Sequence record: NC_048731.1
From: Escherichia phage fp01
Length of the DNA: 64,000 nt
Reading direction: 5' to 3' (one strand)
This document shows, piece by piece, positions 20,987 to 30,472 of the stretch. Position numbers and translations under genes: made by a program. The stretch's first letter is position 1. Each line of letters starts with the position of its first letter. The notes below the pieces were generated by a model, which did no database searches, was not told where the DNA came from, and saw only the letters and a list, made by a program, of their open reading frames with translations.

Positions 20987-21597
20987 AGACTTTCCCGTAA
21001 ATTTAATGAGATGTTGGAATATGTTCCGTTATTATTTAGTGTAGATCCAAAAGCATCACCATTCATGAGTTTTGTTCTAAATAGTATTCCATTAAATACT
21101 GGCTTCTCCGCTCCAGTAGTAGTTATAAATAAATCAGGGTATAAGTTTATAGACCATGTATTACCTGATTTGTTAAATGATGTTATTTTATATACTTTTG
21201 GGTGGTTAGACAGCTTAAATAGATCCCCCGGTTTTGGAGTACCTGTAAGAAGTCCTTTTGTATCCATAGTTACATTAGAACCCTTCTGTCCAGCAGGTAT
21301 ATTTACTAGACTAGTATTACCTCTAACTCTAAAAGCTTCGTATTGGGGTAATATAACATCTATGTAACCACCAGTCCTTTTGTATTCTAGAATAAAAGCA
21401 TCTAGAACACTATATTCATCTGGAAATAATTCTGGATAAGAAATATTTATACCCCAGTATTGAGCAGATACCTTAACTTCGTTAACTTTACCATTTGGTA
21501 ACTCATCACGAATTACTGGGTCATTATCAATCAGGTTAACACTTTCGAATCCTAAGCCTGAAAGTTCTGGATTCGTGTATGGGTCTGGTAATCTCAT
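20983..21597 (-). CDS. distal tail protein Dit (T5 pb9-like, 204 aa)
   Basis: Immediately downstream of the tape measure gene; size matches T5 pb9. Confidence 0.5.
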   Translation of the reverse strand: MRLPDPYTNPELSGLGFESVNLIDNDPVIRDELPNGKVNEVKVSAQYWGINISYPELFPDEYSVLDAFILEYKRTGGYIDVILPQYEAFRVRGNTSLVNIPAGQKGSNVTMDTKGLLTGTPKPGDLFKLSNHPKVYKITSFNKSGNTWSINLYPDLFITTTGAEKPVFNGILFRTKLMNGDAFGSTLNNNGTYSNISLNLRESL

Positions 21598-21680
21598 AGT
21601 TAATTTCTCCTCTTTAATAACAATATTATAATAGTATTAGAAAATTTTATCAAGAAATTTTTATTTTTCCATAAAGAAAA

Positions 21681-21699
21681 GGAGGACTCAAAGTCCTCC
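21681..21699 (-). terminator. hairpin after tape measure gene
   Basis: 'GGAGGACT-CAA-AGTCCTCC' followed on the minus strand by T-rich 'TTTTCTTTATGGAAAAATAAAAA'. Confidence 0.5.
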
Positions 21700-21706
21700 T
21701 CCAGTT

Positions 21707-24700
21707 TTAAGAATTTCCTAATGTTTTCAGACTAGCACCGTTCTCATTCAGAGCTAATTCTACTGCGTCTCTTAGAGCACTACTATTACTAGAAGCAAAC
21801 TCTCTAAAACTTGCAGCATCCATAGCACTAATATTCAGGATGATAGGTCTTCCTGAAGTTGAGTTAGATGAGGTTTTTAGCTCATCATTAGGTGTAGCTT
21901 TCATAGGAACCATAGGGGTAACTACTTCTGTACCATGCTCACCCATTTGATAACTAACCCCAGGGTACATATTACCGCCTTCAGCACGAGGAACGAAAGA
22001 GTTAGCACCACCTATACCTTTATCGCCTCTGATATAAGATAGTTCACCTGCATTAGCAGACATGGACACATCTATATTCTTCTGACGTTCTCCTAAGGTT
22101 AGGTAACTAGTTGTATCCGCTCCAGAATCTGCAATAGAAGACATACCAGATGCAGAAGATGCTTGAGCAAGAGCTAAGGCACCTGCTAAACCTGCCGCCA
22201 CCATCAAAGGAATAGAGAACGGGTACGGTACAGCTGTCGCCGCTTGCATTACAGCTACTGCAGTTTGGATGATGATCTGCTTCTTAGCTGCGTCTTGTTG
22301 AATCTTCAGTTTTTCAGCTTCCAACTTCTTCAACTTAGCTTTAGATGCTTCTGATTTACCATCACGTTTCTGCTCTGCTGCAATAGCCTGATCAATTGCA
22401 CTAACCTGCTGACTAGTACTATACTGAATCACAGAAGATACAGCTTGCATACCTGCTGCGATCGTGGAAGTAGTATCTAGTGATTTCATTGAGAACTGAA
22501 TCATAGCATTAGTTAAATTACCCATGCTTTGAGCCACAGCAGTTGCTTCTGAGTTTAGCTCAGATAACTTAGAGATTGCCTGATCATAAGAGGCCATCCT
22601 ATTTCCCATATCAGCAAAATCTTTGTCTTTTCCAGATAGTCCAGTTGTAGGAGTATACACAGCACCTAAAGAAGACCCAACAGAAGCTTGCATTTGAGCA
22701 TTACGTTGTGCTGTTAAAGCCGCTATCTGAGCCCTTGTCTTGGCTATTTCAGCATTCCAACGCATCTGCTCATTAGCGTTACCTTTAGTAAGTTCCTTCA
22801 TCTGAGTATAAAAGTCTAACTGCATTTCCATTTTTTGCATTTCCCCTGCCAGAGGGAACATTGAAGTTAGAGTATTTTCAAAGGCTTCCTGCCTTTTACT
22901 GGTCATTTCAGCTTGCTGATCTTGGCGGAATTTCCAGATTTCACGTTCAATTTGGGCTTGAGCACGTCTTGATTGTTCAGCTTCTTTGTGTTTATCTGCT
23001 TGCTTAGAGTACCACTCATACTTTTCTTTTTCAATGGTCAATTCAAGATTTAACTGTGCTAGACGATACTGAGTATCTGTCATAGTACGGTTATTTAAGA
23101 GAGCTATCTCACGATCTACACCCAGGATTTTATCTGTGTAATCCTTGACCTTCTTCTGAGCTTCCATACCCTGATTGGTAAGTTTAAGTTTCTCCAGCTG
23201 AATTTTTTCAATTTCTTTCTCAACAGCTTTATTTCCCTGGTTTGTTTGAAGAACACGGCGTAAAGCAGCTTCTTGCTCTTCTAACTGTTGCAGCTCTAAA
23301 CGTCTACCAGCTTCCTGAGCTTTTTCTTTATCCTTAGTTTGGTTATATACATCAGCTATCTTCTGTTGAACTGCTAACTGGTTCTTAGTCTCATTACCAG
23401 TTAGTTTAACGTACTCAGATAAGGCCTGAGACGCAGTTTTCATTTCAGACAGAGTATTGTAACCTAGGTTAAGATTTTTAACGTATTCATCAGCACTCTT
23501 ACCAGTACCTAGAGATAGAGATTCTATGTTTTTTATAGCATCTGCTAAAGTAGCACTAGTTTTAGCAGCAGTATCTGTATTCTGAGCAACGTTCTGTATA
23601 TCATTAGCTAAGTCACTAGCAGTTTTCTTAGTCTGATTGTACGCTTTCTGCTGCTCAGTTAATCCTTTTAATACAGTAGAGTTAAAATCGTATACAGCAT
23701 CAGGATCAGTAGTGTCTCTTTGTAGATTAATTTGCTTCTGAAACTCTGGACTAGCCTTTGCAGCAGCAGCCCCAGCAGCTTGATACGCTGATTTCCAAGC
23801 ATTTAGGTTCTCTGTAGAATCCTCTACTTCCTTACCAAGTCTAGTTACTTGTAGACCCATAGCTGCAGTTTCTGCTACAAATTGCTTATTGGCCTCCGAA
23901 GCACCTGCTGCTGCAAGACCAACAGGAATACCTTCACCAACTTGACGTATAGCTAGTTTTGTATAGAAATCTGCTTGTTCCATTCGTTTATCGAACTCAG
24001 ATTTTAGCTTATTACGCTTATCAAGAGATTCCTTATACATATCTAGAGCTTTATTATAGCCTTCTTCAGAGGCAGCTAAACTTAAAGCAACAGCACCAAC
24101 ATTGGTAGGGTCTATCTGTCTATTAGTTTTTTCTTGGGCCCTAGCTGCTTCAGCAGATATAGAAGCCTGAGATGTATAAAATACTGTGTTGATAGCATCA
24201 ATTACTGGCCCTAAATATTTAGCAGCAGCTTGTTGTATTTTTCTTAGTGCAGCATCTGCATTAGCAGCAAATTGCTCCCACGGAGTTGCACGTAGTACTT
24301 CATCTAGGTAGCCAAATCGCTTAGTAGATTCAGCAATTACCGCGTTAGCGTATGCTTGTTGTTTCTGGAAGGTAGTAAGACTATTAACATTATATGTTAT
24401 ACCTGTGTTTGCAGCATTTAACTGTTTAACATAATCAGCGTATGCGTCATTAAGACGGATAGTGACACCAAGTTCATCCAGAAGTTCGATTTCTTGTTTA
24501 GATACGCCCTTAATTACACGGTTAAGTGCATCAGTCATATCAACGCCAAGAACAGCAGCCGCACGACGAGCTACTAAACCAAATTTATTAAGTTGTTCGG
24601 CATCAAATCCATAAGCGGATGCTGAAGACGCCTGTCTCATTGCTTCCTCAAAAGAAATAGCATATCCAGCAGCTTCTTGTAGCGATCTAGCAAGGGTCTG

Positions 24701-25390
24701 AACAGGAGTACCTGTCTGAGTACCTACTATAACACCAAATTTTTCTAGACGATTTAGCTGATCACCTAGTTTAAGTTGTTCAAATGCTGATTGCAAAACG
24801 AAGATGTTGGAAGCAAGAGCTGCGTACATAATAGGTAGACTACCACCGATCTTAGCCATTGCCGCAAAATCACGAGTTGCACCACGTGCTGAACCAGAAG
24901 TATTACCAATAGCTCTAGAAGCTCTACCAGCGGCACCAGCAGTATCATTAAAACCCCTAGCTGTGCCACCTAATGCTCTATTAGTATCATATAATCTATC
25001 CTGGACTTTTTCTGTTGCAGCTGCAACATCATTACCCATTGTTTTAACAGATCTAGAAACTCCATCGAATCCAATTTCTAGTTTATCTGTTACTTCAATG
25101 AGCTGGATAGCCAGGTAATCTAGCTTATCACCAATACCGTCAATGGATTTAGTGATACCAGCCATACCCCTACTAGCTTGCATTTTAGTAAGACTTTTCG
25201 CTGCTCTGTCTGCTGCCCTCTCAATGGAATAAAGAGTTTTGGGCATTTTACCTAACTGCTCATTTGTCAGTTCGGAAGCAGCAGCAGCGTTTTCTAACGC
25301 ATCAGATACGTTTTCAATAGACTTTGCAGTACGAGTTGCCCCCTTCTGTTTAACGTCTATTAATAATTCTCGTATTAGCTTATCAGTCAT
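21707..25390 (-). CDS. tail tape measure protein (T5 pb2-like)
   Basis: 1227 aa, Ala/Gln-rich, extended coiled-coil-like composition; largest gene of the tail module. Confidence 0.85.
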   Translation of the reverse strand: MTDKLIRELLIDVKQKGATRTAKSIENVSDALENAAAASELTNEQLGKMPKTLYSIERAADRAAKSLTKMQASRGMAGITKSIDGIGDKLDYLAIQLIEVTDKLEIGFDGVSRSVKTMGNDVAAATEKVQDRLYDTNRALGGTARGFNDTAGAAGRASRAIGNTSGSARGATRDFAAMAKIGGSLPIMYAALASNIFVLQSAFEQLKLGDQLNRLEKFGVIVGTQTGTPVQTLARSLQEAAGYAISFEEAMRQASSASAYGFDAEQLNKFGLVARRAAAVLGVDMTDALNRVIKGVSKQEIELLDELGVTIRLNDAYADYVKQLNAANTGITYNVNSLTTFQKQQAYANAVIAESTKRFGYLDEVLRATPWEQFAANADAALRKIQQAAAKYLGPVIDAINTVFYTSQASISAEAARAQEKTNRQIDPTNVGAVALSLAASEEGYNKALDMYKESLDKRNKLKSEFDKRMEQADFYTKLAIRQVGEGIPVGLAAAGASEANKQFVAETAAMGLQVTRLGKEVEDSTENLNAWKSAYQAAGAAAAKASPEFQKQINLQRDTTDPDAVYDFNSTVLKGLTEQQKAYNQTKKTASDLANDIQNVAQNTDTAAKTSATLADAIKNIESLSLGTGKSADEYVKNLNLGYNTLSEMKTASQALSEYVKLTGNETKNQLAVQQKIADVYNQTKDKEKAQEAGRRLELQQLEEQEAALRRVLQTNQGNKAVEKEIEKIQLEKLKLTNQGMEAQKKVKDYTDKILGVDREIALLNNRTMTDTQYRLAQLNLELTIEKEKYEWYSKQADKHKEAEQSRRAQAQIEREIWKFRQDQQAEMTSKRQEAFENTLTSMFPLAGEMQKMEMQLDFYTQMKELTKGNANEQMRWNAEIAKTRAQIAALTAQRNAQMQASVGSSLGAVYTPTTGLSGKDKDFADMGNRMASYDQAISKLSELNSEATAVAQSMGNLTNAMIQFSMKSLDTTSTIAAGMQAVSSVIQYSTSQQVSAIDQAIAAEQKRDGKSEASKAKLKKLEAEKLKIQQDAAKKQIIIQTAVAVMQAATAVPYPFSIPLMVAAGLAGALALAQASSASGMSSIADSGADTTSYLTLGERQKNIDVSMSANAGELSYIRGDKGIGGANSFVPRAEGGNMYPGVSYQMGEHGTEVVTPMVPMKATPNDELKTSSNSTSGRPIILNISAMDAASFREFASSNSSALRDAVELALNENGASLKTLGNS

Positions 25391-25413
25391 GTTTTATTTT
25401 TCCCAATAAAAAA

Positions 25414-25438
25414 GGCTCTGGGCAAATCACCCAGAGCC
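25414..25438 (-). terminator. hairpin plus T-run upstream of tape measure gene
   Basis: 'GGCTCTGGG-TGATTTG-CCCAGAGCC' (minus strand) followed by 'TTTTTTATTGGGAAAAATAAAAC' then ATG. Confidence 0.55.
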
Positions 25439-25473
25439 AAGCCTCATCGTGGAACGCCCATTGGAGGAAACTT

Positions 25474-25842
25474 TTATCGTGCACGAGATTTAGCATGTGG
25501 TTTAACGTTAGGAATCCTTCCGTTTTGCGGTTTATGCTTCTCAGCACGTTTACGTGCAGCGTCTACAGCTTTAGCATCAAATATATTGATAATGTGTAGA
25601 ACAAATTCTTTTTCTATAGGATCAGTAATCCCATAAATATCAAATAAAACACCTAATGCAGCCTTATCCTTACCTATAAAAATAGGAAAGTCACCCGGTA
25701 TGAAACAATCAATTAGACTGTTATAAATATTCATACTAATAGATACAATAGGTGGAAAATCTTCGAGTTCAACGGGCATAGCCTTTGGATCAGGTTCTAT
25801 ACCCATTGACTCGCAAAGTATTAAATATTGTTGTTTAGTCAT
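25474..25842 (-). CDS. hypothetical tail assembly protein
   Basis: 122 aa, between tail tube and tape measure genes where chaperones usually lie. Confidence 0.35.
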   Translation of the reverse strand: MTKQQYLILCESMGIEPDPKAMPVELEDFPPIVSISMNIYNSLIDCFIPGDFPIFIGKDKAALGVLFDIYGITDPIEKEFVLHIINIFDAKAVDAARKRAEKHKPQNGRIPNVKPHAKSRAR

Positions 25843-25903
25843 TTTAGATGCTGAGCTTTTAATACATTTGTCTGCAAAATCAGCAACAGCATCTAGGAGT
25901 TCT

Positions 25904-26308
25904 TTACGCTTTTGGGCTACGAAAAGTGTCTAAGTGGAACACTGTCTGGTTGATCCAAGAATCAAACGCAGCAGAGTTCTGCATGAGCATTACAGCATTA
26001 TCGCGGCTAAAAGGAACCTCAGTAGCAGGATCAGCATCTGTTTCAATCAGCATCAGTTTTTCAACGTCACCAACAGTTAAGCCAGTCCAACCTTTAATAG
26101 CTGCGTCAACAAAGGCTTCAATGAACTTATCATCATCCTGCACCTGAATCAAAGTACCGTTAACCCATTCATCGCGTTTAGCAGAAGAAATAACACGTTT
26201 AGAGGTAGCACGAGACATATAGTTAAGTTCTAGTTTAAAGTTCGGCATACCTGGGTAGGAAAGAGTAATAGTACGAGTATCAAGAGTAATATCTTTTAAA
26301 TTAATCAT
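25904..26308 (-). CDS. putative tail assembly chaperone
   Basis: 134 aa, position only. Confidence 0.35.
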   Translation of the reverse strand: MINLKDITLDTRTITLSYPGMPNFKLELNYMSRATSKRVISSAKRDEWVNGTLIQVQDDDKFIEAFVDAAIKGWTGLTVGDVEKLMLIETDADPATEVPFSRDNAVMLMQNSAAFDSWINQTVFHLDTFRSPKA

Positions 26309-27204
26309 TTTTTAATTTCTCCAAAGAAATCTATTCTCACTGGGTCTGAAGAAGCAGTAGGTATAATATCCCACTCAACTCTATACACATCTGAGAACTC
26401 TAGGCGTTTTGTAATACGTGCTGAAGGAAAATCTATAGAAATATTATTATTTCTTATCGTTAAAGGTACATCTGTCTCCGGTTCTATATTATAAACCATA
26501 TCTCCTGCAAAACGTTTTAAGTAGTATAGAGAAATGGTTGCCGAAGCATTCATTTCAGTTACATAGGCTCTTTTATTATTATAAATTTTATTTATATCAA
26601 AAACACTCTTATCCTCTCTCCAGGAGCACTGCTGTTGGAAAGATAAAGAGGCAGAAATAAGACCGGGTAAGATGCTGCCATTAGTAGAAGCCATTACTGG
26701 GCTGTAAGACATTACTTCACCCTGTATAATAGAAGCTGCTTCTCTATATGTAGATACTTCTGAGAATTTCCCAGACTCAATACCAACATTAAGAATTGGT
26801 ATGTTCTTATCTAAAGAAAAATCTACTGTAGATACATAACAGTTTTCAAAATATACACAGTTATTATCTTTGTTTACTATATAGATATTGAACATAATAG
26901 GTTCAATATTACTACTATATAGCGGGAGTAAGAAAGTATTACCTTTTCTATCAAAACCTAACCATTCAAAGAAGTTAGCCTCAGTAAGAGTATTACTGAA
27001 ATTTACTGCTAAAGAGATAGAAGAGGGGGTTTGAGCATTTATAATAGAGTCTGCATAGTTAGTTCTACGATGAACAGTCCTACGAAGAGTCTTGAATTCC
27101 TCGTAGGAAGTCTGTATATCATAGTTTGATAGGGCATCAAAATGAAATGCCCTACCATCATACTCAACTATAACTTTTGACTCTCTCATTAGAGAGTAGT
27201 ACAT
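26305..27204 (-). CDS. hypothetical tail protein
   Basis: 299 aa directly downstream of the major tail gene. Confidence 0.4.
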   Translation of the reverse strand: MYYSLMRESKVIVEYDGRAFHFDALSNYDIQTSYEEFKTLRRTVHRRTNYADSIINAQTPSSISLAVNFSNTLTEANFFEWLGFDRKGNTFLLPLYSSNIEPIMFNIYIVNKDNNCVYFENCYVSTVDFSLDKNIPILNVGIESGKFSEVSTYREAASIIQGEVMSYSPVMASTNGSILPGLISASLSFQQQCSWREDKSVFDINKIYNNKRAYVTEMNASATISLYYLKRFAGDMVYNIEPETDVPLTIRNNNISIDFPSARITKRLEFSDVYRVEWDIIPTASSDPVRIDFFGEIKK

Positions 27205-27208
27205 TTAA

Positions 27209-28618
27209 TTAGCCACCAGAACTAGTAACTGTAATGCTCTTAGTACCTTCTACACCAGAACCATCTTTAGCAACAGCTTTAACAGTAACCTCTCCAGTCT
27301 TAGTAGTATCCGCAGTTAATAGACCAGATTCTGGATCAATTGTAGCTGCATCACCACTAGAAATAGACCAAGTTACAGCACTATTAGTAGCGTCAGGCGG
27401 AGTTACTTCAACAGACATCTGTAAAGTATTGCTATTCTCCACTGAAGTGACATTACCAGCAGATTTAACTGTGATTGATTCAACTAGTTTTGGTGGAGTT
27501 TTAGCGCCATCTCCTGTAGCAATCAGATTAGCCACAGTGGTTTTAGTATACTTGTTAGAGAAACCAAGATAACCCTCATCACCCGTATCCAAATCTGTAG
27601 GGATAGCTTTAAACTCTACTGAAGTACCAAGTACATCATCAGTCTCAATAGTAGGAATGTTAACATGCGCCTGTTTAGCAACTAACACAGCTGCCGGACG
27701 TTCATCATCGTATTCACCACCAAGGATAAGTGCAATCTCAAACTTGTTAACTACCTTAAGAGTTTTAATTAGATCTTTATATAGCTCCATAGATCCTAGA
27801 GCTTTATCGTTAAGGTAAGCTGTCAGAGAACCAGTTAGTTCAAATGCGCCAGTAAATGAACCGATCGGAATATTTACACGGGACATAATATTCGGGGTTA
27901 GATACGTGATGTTATTATTAATGGTGAAAGTACCACCAGTAATAGGGATATCATATGCCTTATCAGAATCCATATCCTTAATTTTCAGGATAGTCAATTT
28001 GTTCTTGATATAAGAACTCTGAATAGTCATATAAGTTTCATCATCAATACCTACCTCATCTGGATCAAATGGTTGCGCATCCAGAGGAATAAGCTGATTA
28101 CCATTACCAGACCAAGTTACACGACCAATATCCTCAATATCAACGTTAACTTCTGCCTGGTTGATCTGGCAAGAGTCGATGTAACTCCATGCTTTGTCAG
28201 TCAGGATGTAGATATGCAGCATTGCCAGTTCGTGGTACGCGTTATCTTTAAAGTTAACCATAAAATTGGTTTCGTTATTATGTGCTCCTGTATCACCTTC
28301 TAGGTTAAGAGCTTTACCACTAGAAAGAGCATGCCATAACATATAGTCAGGGACAATCTGTTTGTTAGTAGTTTTATCTTTATATGGCAGGATATAAGTA
28401 GAGAAACTCCACTCAGCCGCGTTTAAAGAGTCGTTAAAACGTTTAGAACCACGAGTTGGACGCGGACCAGCTTCATTAACAGTAATATCTGTTGAGTTAC
28501 TGTCCTGACCCCAAGAAATATCATCCTGAACTAGAATCTCTTGCGTGTTGGTCTTATCATGACCAGTCTTAACCGTAGACACGAAGATTCGAGTATTACG
28601 TAATAGTTGTAAAGACAT
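27209..28618 (-). CDS. major tail tube protein with C-terminal Ig-like domain (T5 pb6-like)
   Basis: 469 aa; C-terminal ~90 aa 'ITVKSAGNVTSVENSNTLQMSVEVTPPDATNSAVTWSISSGDAATIDPESGLLTA...' is BIG2/Ig-like. Confidence 0.7.
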   Translation of the reverse strand: MSLQLLRNTRIFVSTVKTGHDKTNTQEILVQDDISWGQDSNSTDITVNEAGPRPTRGSKRFNDSLNAAEWSFSTYILPYKDKTTNKQIVPDYMLWHALSSGKALNLEGDTGAHNNETNFMVNFKDNAYHELAMLHIYILTDKAWSYIDSCQINQAEVNVDIEDIGRVTWSGNGNQLIPLDAQPFDPDEVGIDDETYMTIQSSYIKNKLTILKIKDMDSDKAYDIPITGGTFTINNNITYLTPNIMSRVNIPIGSFTGAFELTGSLTAYLNDKALGSMELYKDLIKTLKVVNKFEIALILGGEYDDERPAAVLVAKQAHVNIPTIETDDVLGTSVEFKAIPTDLDTGDEGYLGFSNKYTKTTVANLIATGDGAKTPPKLVESITVKSAGNVTSVENSNTLQMSVEVTPPDATNSAVTWSISSGDAATIDPESGLLTADTTKTGEVTVKAVAKDGSGVEGTKSITVTSSGG

Positions 28619-28644
28619 TTAATTATTTTCTCCTAATCTGTAAC

Positions 28645-29130
28645 TTATCTGCGAAGTGACCTACGTGGAGGCTGATACCTCACTGTTACATTTATTTCTG
28701 CTAAACCATATGGGGCCAGTAGACCCTCATCTGTACTAACTGATGTAATGATCATATCAGTTGCCTCACATGGGAAGGTCGATCCATTAGGTTTACTAAC
28801 AGTATATTCTAAATTTCCACCTGTGTCAATAACGGTTTTTATATCCGCTACGAGTTTTTCAAGTTGCTCTTGAATGTCTGTTTTCTCTTTATCGTACACC
28901 AGGATTGGAAGTTCTAAAAACATCCACTGTTGGCCTGAAGGAAGATACTGCCCAGTTTCAGTTCCGATATGAACTGCCACATAAGGAAACTCTCGTATTT
29001 CCTCAAATTTATAAGTTTGACGAGAAACGTTTCCATATAGGTTATTAAAATATTCGTCAGGTTGAGAACCGTCCAACTGTTTAGATATACGGTCAACCAG
29101 AGCTTGTGCAATACTTGTTCTATGATCCAT
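28645..29130 (-). CDS. tail terminator / completion protein
   Basis: 161 aa immediately upstream of the tail tube gene. Confidence 0.45.
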   Translation of the reverse strand: MDHRTSIAQALVDRISKQLDGSQPDEYFNNLYGNVSRQTYKFEEIREFPYVAVHIGTETGQYLPSGQQWMFLELPILVYDKEKTDIQEQLEKLVADIKTVIDTGGNLEYTVSKPNGSTFPCEATDMIITSVSTDEGLLAPYGLAEINVTVRYQPPRRSLRR

Positions 29131-29133
29131 TTA

Positions 29134-29901
29134 TTAGGTTCCTTGATTAACCTTGATTTTATATCTAGAGTGAATCAGGTCTCTTGCAGCTTTTGCTATA
29201 GCCTCACCAATAAGTTTTTGGGGGTTTCTAGCACCAGGATAAGGTCGTAGAGATAGTCCCCTATAGGTAGATACTGCAGGGTTGAATACAGAATATGGAC
29301 GAGTCATATAATTATACGTTACGTTTAATTCAGGAGAACCTTTACTAGTTTCAGAATCACGGAGCATAACATCTTTAATTTTTAAAGAGTTTGCAAACCT
29401 GCCAGTTCTAAATTTTAATGGAGCTCCTGTCTTTTTCATATCCTTTATTAAGTACTCTTTAGCAACTATCTCTAGTATAACCTTCATATTGCTATTAGAC
29501 ACGAAACGTCCGGAAGCACCTGTTATTGCACCTGAGTATCCATCCTCTACGTCTCTAGGATCCCCAAAGTTTACCTGCACTCTGCCTGTAGAACGTTTTT
29601 TACCTACAGCGGATTTTTTGCCAGCAGTTGCCTGTATAAGATTTTCTAGAGCACCTAAATCCCCAGAAAGATCTAAACTAGAGGATACCGCTTTTAGTAT
29701 AGAGGCTGTTCTAACATCAAGAAGATCTTGTGATACGGGTTTTGAAAACTTAAAAGATACTTGAGCAACAGTACCATCTCTGGTAGGATCTTTTAACCCT
29801 GTTTCAACAGAGTATACAACAGTATTCTTATTATTTTCAGATCGTCCTGCAGTATCTAGCTGCTCTTTAATAATCTGTTTAGCTAGATCGGAAAGAGACA
29901 T
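29134..29901 (-). CDS. hypothetical head-tail joining protein
   Basis: Position between capsid and tail genes. Confidence 0.4.
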   Translation of the reverse strand: MSLSDLAKQIIKEQLDTAGRSENNKNTVVYSVETGLKDPTRDGTVAQVSFKFSKPVSQDLLDVRTASILKAVSSSLDLSGDLGALENLIQATAGKKSAVGKKRSTGRVQVNFGDPRDVEDGYSGAITGASGRFVSNSNMKVILEIVAKEYLIKDMKKTGAPLKFRTGRFANSLKIKDVMLRDSETSKGSPELNVTYNYMTRPYSVFNPAVSTYRGLSLRPYPGARNPQKLIGEAIAKAARDLIHSRYKIKVNQGT

Positions 29902-30413
29902 TATACTCTCCTATACACTTCAATAATAGTACGAATATGCTCTGGAATACCAGACTTAGTGCTATTGAAGGTTACTGTTTCACCACCAATTGTTTTAGCT
30001 TGGCGGTAATCTTGTTTGTGCCAATGATCTACTAGCATACATGCTGCAAGTTTGAGATCTTCAGGTATTGGATTGAATCCACCTTGTGTATATGCTACAT
30101 CCATATAACCTTCTGGAGGATTAAATTTGAGAAGGATAATACCGTCAGAGTATAGCTTATACTGCTCTGGGTCAATCTCATTATCATTAATCGTCACTTT
30201 AGTTACGGAAGTAGCAGATGGTGAACTCAGAAAATATTTCCTACGTGTAGGTTTTGTATTGATTAACTGGTCTACCGCATCAGCATCATCCATGCCTAGA
30301 AGGCTTGTAATCAGCGCATTGGCAGCAGTAATCATCATTTCTACACCAGACTCTAATTCAGGTCGTTTTAAACTACCGTATAATCTATAATCTTCGGCTG
30401 TGATGATTTGCAT
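29901..30413 (-). CDS. hypothetical head completion / connector protein
   Basis: Position; start follows the shared intergenic cassette. Confidence 0.4.
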   Translation of the reverse strand: MQIITAEDYRLYGSLKRPELESGVEMMITAANALITSLLGMDDADAVDQLINTKPTRRKYFLSSPSATSVTKVTINDNEIDPEQYKLYSDGIILLKFNPPEGYMDVAYTQGGFNPIPEDLKLAACMLVDHWHKQDYRQAKTIGGETVTFNSTKSGIPEHIRTIIEVYRRV

Positions 30414-30433
30414 TTATTTTTCCCAATAAAAAA

Positions 30434-30451
30434 GGAGAGCCGAAGCTCTCC
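30434..30451 (-). terminator. hairpin plus T-run after major capsid gene
   Basis: 'GGAGAGC-TTCG-GCTCTCC' (minus) followed by 'TTTTTTATTGGGAAAAATAAATG'. Confidence 0.55.
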
Positions 30452-30472
30452 TTATCGGCTGAAAAGCCTGTA

